Assembly (NCBI RefSeq): GCF_000181795.1
Contig: NW_003526948.1
Location: 207,006 to 271,005, forward strand
Reading direction: 5' to 3'
DNA: 64,000 bases
DNA from: Trichinella spiralis
Taxonomy: Eukaryota
The notes under the pieces were generated by a model. That model searched no databases. It saw only the letters and a program-made list of their open reading frames with translations, and was not told where the DNA came from. Below, one piece after another: positions 54,880 to 64,000 of the stretch. Positions within the stretch are counted from its first letter, which is position 1, and every line of letters starts with the position of its first letter. Both the position numbers and the translations under genes were made by a program.

Positions 54880-55877
54880 ATGCAATCATATTTTGAGGTA
54901 AAAAAATTGAGAAAGGACATATTGTACAATCTTTTTCCAGTGCATATTACGTTTAGGATAAAAGCAAAGAGTTTGTTAGTGTAGATCTATATGAAACCAC
55001 TGCGTGTGATGGGAAAAACGTACAGCGGTCTCCGTCAGATGAATTACAGTAAAATCAGAAATATTCTTTTCTATTTGATATTACTTTCATTTTGAACAGC
55101 TCTGTTAATAATGGCCCAGCCGTTTGTCGGATTTGCCATGGAAGTGAATTATCTAGTCCAACAAAAGGAGAGCCTTTGTTATCATTGTGCAAGTGCCGTG
55201 GAACGATGGGCTTATTTCACCCAAGCTGTTTAGAAACGTGGCTTTCCATTTCTAATACTGATAAATGTGAAATATGCCACTATCAGTTTGCAACTGAACG
55301 TCATCCCAAATGTGTTACACAAGTAAAGTTGTGTTGTTGAAAATGACCCATTGTATTAGATTTGTTGTAGTTCATAAAAAGTCCTGGAAGTCCTTTAATT
55401 ATGCGCAACATGATTAGTGATTTTATGTGCTTTTTGATTCTTACTCCACTAGCAATTTTGAGCATATGGCTGTGCATATCTGGTGCCTTATATTATGGTA
55501 ATTATAGCGCTACGGCAGTTGAAGTATCTGGTCTTATATGCCTAGCAACGTTTTTGCTTCTTACTTATTTCATATGGCTACTGGTAGATTCCTATTTTTC
55601 AAAATGCATTTTATGAAATTGATTTTTAGGTAACGCTTCGATATCACTGTCAAATTTATTATAGCTGGCAAGAAAAAAATCAGAATGTCAAAGTTCACTT
55701 TGTAAGGAAATTTGCTCCGTCCTCGCCACTTCTACCATCTGCAGAAATATTATCTTCAAATTCTGTTGGGCATGACGTTAACAACAATTTTATTTATTCA
55801 GTAAGTGGAAAGTTTTTCATTATTTTCATTATTATAATTTCATACTTTAGGATCTTGCTTTGCAAAATTCTGTCTAA
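54880..55877 (+). CDS. MARCH2/3-like RING-CH E3 ubiquitin ligase
   Basis: MQSYFE|DKSK..|..CRICH..LLSLCKCRGTMGLFHPSCLETWLSISNTDKCEICH; DFMCFLILTPLAILSIWLCISGA; EVSGLICLATFLLLTYFIWLL|VTLRYHCQIYYSWQEKNQNV. This closely follows MARCH2/3. Stop at 55875-55877. Confidence 0.92.
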
Positions 55878-56240
55878 ATAATTAATTTCAAAACAACATA
55901 ATGTCAACCTTATGCATTGAAAGAAACAAACTGATTTTATATATGCTGAATAAGCAGTCTTAGCTGTTCAAACACTAGAATTGCAATATTTTGAATTTTG
56001 TCGGATTTTGCAATGATGCTGTCTATATATGAAAATATTCTCGTTTTTAAAAATGAATTTCTTTATGATTACAAATTTTCAGATTTTTATTTATATAAAT
56101 TGGAAAGTTATGTCCTGTGGATTTTTCTCATAGTAAAGTTCATATAAAGTTTGCCGTTCTTTTAAAGAGAGCGGCATTTAAGAAAATACTCGTAGACTAT
56201 TCAATTCAAATGATTAACAGCAAAAAGTGTAGCAAACGTT

Positions 56241-57448
56241 CTAGAATTTGTAAAGTTTCAGAACTAGACATTGAACTGCGCCTCCAGATTTCATAAATTC
56301 ACTCATATCGACTTCTTTAACTTGATAGCCATAATTTTCCAACACTTTTCTTGTATCGGTGCAGTTAGTTGGAAGAATAATAGTTTTGTCAACAGCTAAC
56401 GCATTGCAAGCAAAGTTATTAGCATCTGCATCACTTACTTCAATCAGTTCTATTTCTTCTTTCATACGCTTTTGTGTTTCTTCGCTAAATGCTTTAGGAT
56501 ACCACAGAGCTAGATCTGACGACAATGCACAAAAACAAACATCCATATGATAAAATCTTTCATTAACAAGTTCACAAAGAACTTTTCGAAAATCCCCCAA
56601 CTTGCATACGTTATCATAAACCTAAAATGGAATGGAGTAGTATTAGTTACAATTTGATACAAGTGAACAGTTGGCGTATGATGATGATTATATATATATG
56701 TATACACAGGGAATCATCGTGTGCACTTTATTATGCAGAAACTCAAATTTCATAATACAATTATTTGTATTTCGTTGCAATCTTAGTATTATGTATAAAT
56801 AAGCTAGTTTACAAAGCATCAACGTTAAAATGCGTGATTGTATTTCATTATGCACTATAGAATAGAAGCCAGATTTTATTGGGAATGTTTACGTCCAGTG
56901 CATGTACGACAATTCTATTCTTACCGCTTTCTCTGAACGAAAGCCATAGCCTGCCCAAAGTAAATCCTTTGAGGAAAATGAAGCATCGCCACAACCTTCA
57001 AAAAAATATTCATCGTCACTGAATACTTCATATCCCTCTTTTAAGAACCAATTTTTGAAATGCTGACGTTCTCCTTGGCGTTCTGAATGTCTAAAGTTAG
57101 ACAGATATACCTGCAAAGAGTTTATTATTCAAATGTATCCAAGACTAACAAAAATTGCAGCAAAATATTGTAATGATTTGTTTTAAATACTTTGCTGCTA
57201 GCAATATGAGAAATTTAACGTACATTTTCATTCACTACTATTCCACTGTTACAAGAAAAAACCATATCTGGCAATTCTGGCGATTGTTCAATGACGGATA
57301 CTGCTTTTCCGCATTCTTGAATTACACTTCTCAAACATTGCCACTGTTCCATGGCCAACTCTTCGTCTACATTGCCACTCATCCATGGATTAATTTTATA
57401 AGTTACTTTAAAGTAATCAGGACGGCACATCAAAACTTCCTCGAACAT
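56241..57448 (-). CDS. Amidinotransferase-fold (guanidino-modifying) enzyme, arginine dihydrolase ArgZ/AgrE N-domain-like, 263 aa
   Basis: Exons 57448-57224, 57110-56925 and 56621-56241, joined by phase-0 GT-AG introns. Motifs: LMCRPDYF..YKINPWM, PDMVFSCNSG, FRHSERQGE, FEGCGD, LWAGYGFRS, FYHMDVCF, FACNA, EFMKSGGAVQCL. Confidence 0.9.
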
Positions 57449-58417
57449 CTGCAATATTGGCAACATGCAAAAAACAGCCAAACTGCAAAAGTAATTTTGC
57501 TATTTTAATGACAGGCAGCAATTTTTTGTAAAGGTAATTGTCAGAGAATAGAGTTTTGCAGAAACGAAACTGTCTATGTTATAAGCGATTGATCAAAATC
57601 AAAAGTGCTTTGCATTTCTAGCAAATTCGACAACAGCATTTGTGAACTCTTCGCACGAGTAAAATACTACAGTAATCGTATAGTCTGTTTGCATTACGCA
57701 AACAATTTTCGTCAGAAAAGCAAATGCTGCCTTATTAAAATGCTCTCTGCATTTCAGAAACAATGAAAACGCAACAGCAACTAGCTTATATAAACTGATA
57801 ATGAAACAAATCGGTGGCGTTGAATTTGAACGCTTCAAATTTAACAATAGCGTCAGTATTAAAACAGTAGCTTCAGATGATTCTTATATAAACAGTGGTT
57901 GAACAGTTTATTAAAAATTAAATAATTACAAGTAAAACTTGATATAAAAGCAATTTTTTAATAATTCAAATTGTTCAAAAATGAAAATTTTTCAAACGCA
58001 CTAACATATTTCAGTGCAATATGGTTGGCTTGCTGAAATATTGTATAAGGATTTAACATTGCATAACTGTACTCTGTAAAAGTATGATACTATTTATGAA
58101 AGAAAAGATTTGAACTGATCTTGTTGCAATATTTAATAAAATTAGTTTATTATGATTTTAATCCTTCATAAAGCTAAATAATAATTATTTCTTATCAATG
58201 CTGTTTCAGCGTTACATTCAACCAGCAAGCATGAACTTAGGTTAAAAGGTTAAAGTAGTACAAACAACTAATGAATTCAAATGATAGGTCGCATAGCAAC
58301 GTTTATGCTATTGCTCATGGAAGCTGACCTGATTTTTATATCACTTATGGTAGTGAAAAGTATTGTTGGAAGTATTTTGAGAGAACAGTTGTAGGAAAGT
58401 TCGCTTTCTATTTGCAA

Positions 58418-60566
58418 ATGCGAGTCCAATTAGTGCTTTTATTTTTGATTAGCTTAGGTAAATCTAGACATCGAATGATTTGAGTTAGATCACATTTCTA
58501 ACGTTTATGCAAAATAATTAGAATATGATTGCTGCGCTTTGATTACGAATCCTGAACAGCTAGACTGCAGCTTCGAAGCCACTGAAGCATGTCTCTGGTT
58601 TAATGGTACAAATGGTGTAGAAGATTCAATTGATTGGAGTCTTGCTGAAGCACTATCGCTTCCATCAGACTCTGAATTCCCACTTTTCCTATCTTCCTCT
58701 AATAACAATAGTAAGAATATGAATTAAAACTGTCTTTCGAAATAATTTGCTACAAAAACTATTTAGATGTTAAATGTTTAAATGAAGATTTAACAAAAGA
58801 CAATATTCCTCAGAAAATGTCATTCACAACTTTAGATTGTGACAAAAATAGACTTATTACTCTAATGGTGACTTCTAAGAAAACAGGTAAGATTTGTTGC
58901 ATGCAAATAGCAGCAAAAAATGAAAGATTTTAGGGACTGACAAATATATTTATGTCAGTGCTCAGTCTAGGAATGCAACTGCATGGATTGTCAGTGATGA
59001 AATCCCAGCGTAAATAAATTTAGCTTAAAGTGTTTTAAAATCTTTATTATTATTATTATAGGCAGTCCAAAGCTGGATATCTGTCCTTTAGCTATTGGAA
59101 AAACCAGGCTACATTTTCAATTAAAGTTTGCAGTCGATCACCACCAGGATTTCCAAATAAACTGAATTGCAGTTGGCCATTGCTTTCATCAGGAAATCAT
59201 AAAAACCAATGGATTAGAGAAAAGATTACAATTCCAACAAGCAAAACTTCGTTTGAAGTAAGCAACATATTTGAGAAAATCATTAATTCAAGCATTTAGA
59301 TTATTTTTGTGTTTCAAAGTAAAAGTGCCAATGATTTATTTGCTTTGGATGATATTCAATATCGTACAGTTGAAAGTAAAATTTGCATGTGCTGGACAAT
59401 GTTCAAATAATGCATAAAGTTTATCATTTCAGATAAGGCTGATAGTCATGGAAATTATGTGAAAGCGAGCAAGAAAGAAGAACCTGTTGCATTAGCTATT
59501 CCAGAAAAATTCAGTATAGCAAGCACTCTTTTCTGATTTATTCTTATTTTTCTGCTTTTAAAATGAAAATATCTCGTTAAGTATTTAAGCAGAACAAACC
59601 CAAATTAGAAGATACCAATTCTTCGAATTCAATTCATTTTGATTCATTGCCTGATAAGAATTTCGTTTCAAAAAGGAATGATTTCGCAGAACCAGAAATA
59701 TTCAATGGTAAAGAAAATGCGCATGAAAATAAACTAGCTACAAATACTAAAAGCTGCATTTTAGAGCGAAGCACTTATTCCATGCCAATGAAAATTTTCA
59801 TTTACACTGAGCACTGTCCCCAAGTTGCTTGTGATTTCGATACGAATATTTGCCAATATCAAAATATGGGTCCAATGTTGTGGAAACAGACTAAAAGTTC
59901 AATCGGAAATCCTTTGATAAGCATTGGATCAGATTTTAATGGGGGTTAGACATAATTAATTAAAATAAAATTGCATGAAATTCTGCTTTTCAGACGGTGG
60001 ATTTCTCTATGCAGCGAGTATTCATAATTCAGAAGAGACATTTACTCTCGCATCAAACAGTTTTGTCACTGATGTTCCAGGAATACTGAGCTTTAATTAT
60101 TATATCCCTGGGAAGATTGGCAAATTGCAAGTTTGCGACAACATTTATTGCAGTATTGTTTTTGACAAATTAAATCTAACTACCGTATCAGAAACGGTAC
60201 AGTGGAATTTTGAAGAGATGAAAATTTTACCCGGAGTACATCAGGTTAGCATCATTTGAATTAATATTAGAATTATGTGCTTGTTTTGCAAAGCACTGTG
60301 TATAGCAGGTTGTTATTTTGCTTTCAGTTCAAATCATTAGCATAAATGTGAAACGAATTTTATACTTAAAAATACTTTTCAGAATGCATTGAAAGATCAT
60401 GATTTTAATCAGTTGCTGTGCTTTATTCATAATCTTTACTTCTTTTCAGCTATTCTTCATTGCATCACATTTGCCCCCGCATCACATTTTAGCAATTGAC
60501 AATATTCAATTATGGAATGAAAACAAAGATGACGAATTAATTTGCGATTCTTTAGCTTCAAATTAA
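58418..60566 (+). CDS. Secreted protein with two MAM domains
   Basis: Signal peptide MRVQLVLLFLISL. MAM starts LDCSFEATEACLW and VACDFDTNICQY; internal YLSFSYWK and ILSFNYYI; MAM ends FALDDIQ and LAIDNIQL. Stop 60564-60566. Confidence 0.8.
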
Positions 60567-61739
60567 TTCCACCAACTAATGCATGTTCAGTTATTCCATT
60601 ATAATTGTGACCAAGCTGTTGTCTTGCATTTTAAACGAATGCGCATTTTTTCTCTCTAAACTAAGAAGGAATTATTTCAAATTGAACAGTATCTGTGATG
60701 TGATAAACTAAATAAATTTGTATGCATTATGATTACTTTCTATCTAATTTGCATCACTACTTGAATCAATAAAGCAGATTATTTAATCAGTATGCTTTTT
60801 CACAGATGCACAGAAATCACATTACGTTTGAATACCAATTTGCAGCGATATATATTTAATTTATCCACTTATTCAGGTATTCGACTGTTTGGTGAAGATA
60901 CAAGTCGATTAGCATTAACATGTCTAGATTGTAAATGATCATTTTGCCTTCTTTTTGTTCTGTTCAAATCATCTTAGAAATCACATTAGCATAAAAAGCT
61001 ATGCCAGCGCAATTGATCTCATCAAAATTATGCTAGAAAGATTGATATAACAATTGATAATCTCGTACCAGGATAACTAAAATTGCTATTTTTTGTAAAT
61101 AAATGTTTTTTTTAATTTTTTCTCTAAAATTATAACTAATTAATGATTTATGTAAGTGTTGTTCAATAATTTGTGCAAAATTAATTAAGTATTGAGTACA
61201 CGTAGGAAATTAACTGTTCAACACAAATAAAGCCTTTTAGCTTGTCTAATGTTCTAGTGAATTTCTTTCTGAATAAGTGCAAAAAATTATCAATAAAATT
61301 GCATCTTGGAATCAAATTCAAATTATTATACTATTAAAAATACATTTAATTATACTAATTACATAAGTAATCATTATTATCATATTACTGTCTGTAAAGC
61401 AAGAAGTATTATCAAGAAAGCTTCAGAATAATTTCATTTAATTTTTTAATTAAGTATGTAAAAAGAAAAATACTCTGATTCAACAATAAAAAGCATTTTC
61501 AGGTGAATGACTTTATTTTTTTAACAAAAAAATCTATATGACAGACGGATCGAAATGTGAAATGAAGTTGTTGGTACAATAAAGTTTTGCTAAAATTTAT
61601 TGAAATAAAAATATCGATCATAGCAAAAAGTTTAAAATGAAAAAATCTTCCTTGAACTGAACTTCAATATTTCAGCTCATGGGTATACTGTACTTTTTGT
61701 TTTTTGTAAATTTTTTGTTAAAATGACTTTTCATTTAAT

Positions 61740-62123
61740 TTACTTTGAAAATGCAAATCCAGCTGAATCAATATTGTCCAACATACGCTTACGACGAAAT
61801 CCAGAAAGAGTTGCGCTGTCAAATTTATCAAAATTTCTCTTGATGTAAAGCCTTGGCACATCAAAATACCGTTTGTTAAATCCGGACATGCTGCTACCTT
61901 CCAACATATCCAGCGTTCTCTTGTCAAAACCAGAAAAATGAGCCCCTTCCAATCGGTCGAATGGTCTTTTGCTAAATCCAGAGAGGCCAACGTCAAACTG
62001 ATTGAAATTTTTTTTTCCACCAAGAGCCCTGTACATTTCTAGTATTCGAAATAAGTTTCTATCACTGTAGCTTTGCTGAGGGTCATTAAGGCTCCAGTCT
62101 TCTGATAGATCGCATTTGATCAT
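61740..62123 (-). CDS. Orcokinin / NLP-14/15-like neuropeptide precursor, last exon (signal-peptide exon not resolved)
   Basis: Dibasic-flanked repeats NFNQFDVGLSGFS, PFDRLEGAHFSGFD, TLDMLEGSSMSGFN, NFDKFDSATLSGF, MLDNIDSAGFAFS. An AG acceptor sits directly before 62123. Confidence 0.85.
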   Translation of the reverse strand: MIKCDLSEDWSLNDPQQSYSDRNLFRILEMYRALGGKKNFNQFDVGLSGFSKRPFDRLEGAHFSGFDKRTLDMLEGSSMSGFNKRYFDVPRLYIKRNFDKFDSATLSGFRRKRMLDNIDSAGFAFSK

Positions 62124-62505
62124 CTAGCAATTGAAATAGTATAAATTACACTATGCTAAAATAATGTTTCCATGCAAGCTGCTGAGAAGTTTGGAAAGTT
62201 ATTTTCTATTCGAAATATTTAATTAACATTTATTATTTGTAACTGACCAAAATATTTGACTACTAAATTTGATCGACTTATTTTAAGTGTAATAATAAAA
62301 TATAAATTTGCATTATCATTTATTCATAATTTATGAATTGTATTTAATAATTTTAATGTTTATCCTTTGTTATATAATTATGGCATTTTGATACTCAGTG
62401 TTAATTAAGATTGCACTCTGCTTGACAATTAGCAATAATATTATTTTTCCGACATATGCAAAACTGTGCTATAATTGATTCCATCAGTTCATAACATCAG
62501 CAATG

Positions 62506-62545
62506 GCTAAACAAAATGTGAGTTGCCACTCACATTTTGTTTAGC
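62506..62545. repeat. Perfect 18-bp inverted repeat with a 4-nt loop
   Basis: GCTAAACAAAATGTGAGT-TGCC-ACTCACATTTTGTTTAGC. Confidence 0.95.
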
Positions 62546-64000
62546 TTTTCAAAGATTTTAATTTTGGCACAAATGCCTTTATCAGAAAGTAAATTGCTTT
62601 GGAGAAATTTTAAAAAAGGAAAAACAGAAAATAAAAGAAAAATAAGAGAATAATTTTACTCTCGTTTAGTGAGATTACAACAGAATATGGGTAAATTGGA
62701 TCTTTTTAAAGAACATCAAATACTCTGCAATTGATGAAAGTAATTTCTGAAACTCATTTACACAACCTGCACAGTTTTTCAATTAAACTGATCGTCTTAT
62801 TTTTTTATTTTCATTCATTTTTTCAACACTGATAAATATTTTTAAAAATATTCTTCTTATTCTGGTAATTTCGTCACGATATGTAAGTAAGTTTATATAA
62901 ATAATTTTTATCCTTTGTTTCATAAATGCATATATAATAGTCTAGAAAAGCCACATTGGAAATTTCTAGAAAATCAGTTTTGAAATCAACTGACAATTGA
63001 ATTTGATCACATTTATTCTCTTGAAAACACTTTGCTATTAAAAATTTGCATATCCAGTTTTCTGTTAATGAAATATTATTAATGGCTTCCATTTTGCCTT
63101 GGCCTTTGATTTCAAAACAACTGTACTGTAATTTTGGCATATTGATGATGCTTGGAAATGTGTTTTTATTTTATTTTGTAAAGCACTTATTACTGAACAG
63201 TATTTAAAGAAAGTCAGTCGATTGAACAGCTCATCAGAATACAAATGTATACAAATTTAAAACAATGAACTGCATTTAACTGACAAGAGTTGCTAATTAA
63301 AATCAATACTGCACCAATGACCAGTTCTAATTAAAATTTGCTATATCAACGCATAATTATGTCACAGAATATTTTCCCCTTATTTGTAATACTTTTCAAA
63401 TGGATATTTGACAAAATTTTTTTGAACTTTAATCTTGTAATGTGATGCTTTATGAACTTGCATAGAAGCTACATTATTTTGTTTACTCTTTTAAATGACT
63501 ATTTTCACTTTACACTCATTACAGCTAATTGAACATCTTCTACTACGTTGTTCATATTTACAAAATGTGCGCACTCATCTATTTGTTTGTTTGCTAATTT
63601 GCATTTAAGAGATTTCATTATTGCAATGCAAATTTTCATTATCAGATGCATGAAACAATATCATGCTAATAATATAAAAGATGAGCAATAAATTCGATTC
63701 AAATGGCTGAAAAGTGAATATTGAGTGTGAAATGAAACTTTTAAGAATATCAAAATTGCTGTTCTTTGACTGCTCAAATGTATGATGCTTCTTTATATGA
63801 CGCATGCTTGCATGTACTGATTTGTTGCTTACAGTGCGTAATTTCATCATTTATATTGAAAGTTAAACTTTTTTTCAATTACCAATATTATATGTAATAA
63901 ACAGTGACAAATAACGATTGGTAGTGTTTTAAATATGCCTTCATTTAATAAGGACAGCGTAAAGTGATAAACTTAATCTTTCAAACTGAATGAATTTTTA

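Noticed and set aside
56241..57448. Bacterial contamination as the source of the ArgZ-like gene
   Set aside because: It has two canonical spliceosomal introns and host-like AT content, and it is contiguous with nematode genes with no gap nearby.

Overview
Eukaryotic, AT-rich (roughly one-third GC), intron-rich nematode genomic DNA from a draft scaffold with three N-gaps (6816-6825, 20236-20330, 21832-21841). Base composition, short introns and a cuticle collagen suggest a clade I nematode such as Trichinella; this is an inference. Most six-frame ORFs are spurious or single exons, so I spliced the genes by hand. In order: a MARCH-type RING-CH E3 ligase (+), the 3' half of afadin/canoe (+, cut off at a gap), a tandem pair of tiny spliced genes (-), a Jiraiya/TMEM221-family membrane protein (-), NBAS/smgl-1 (-) head-to-head with the Ski2/SKIV2L helicase (+), a cuticle collagen (+), a MARCH2/3 ligase (+), a three-exon amidinotransferase-fold enzyme carrying the motifs of bacterial arginine dihydrolase ArgZ/AgrE (-), a secreted two-MAM-domain protein (+) and an orcokinin/NLP-14/15-like neuropeptide precursor (-). 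The most interesting item is the ArgZ-like enzyme, a candidate animal arginine dihydrolase of probable bacterial origin. The first 22 kb appears to be mis-ordered in the assembly.
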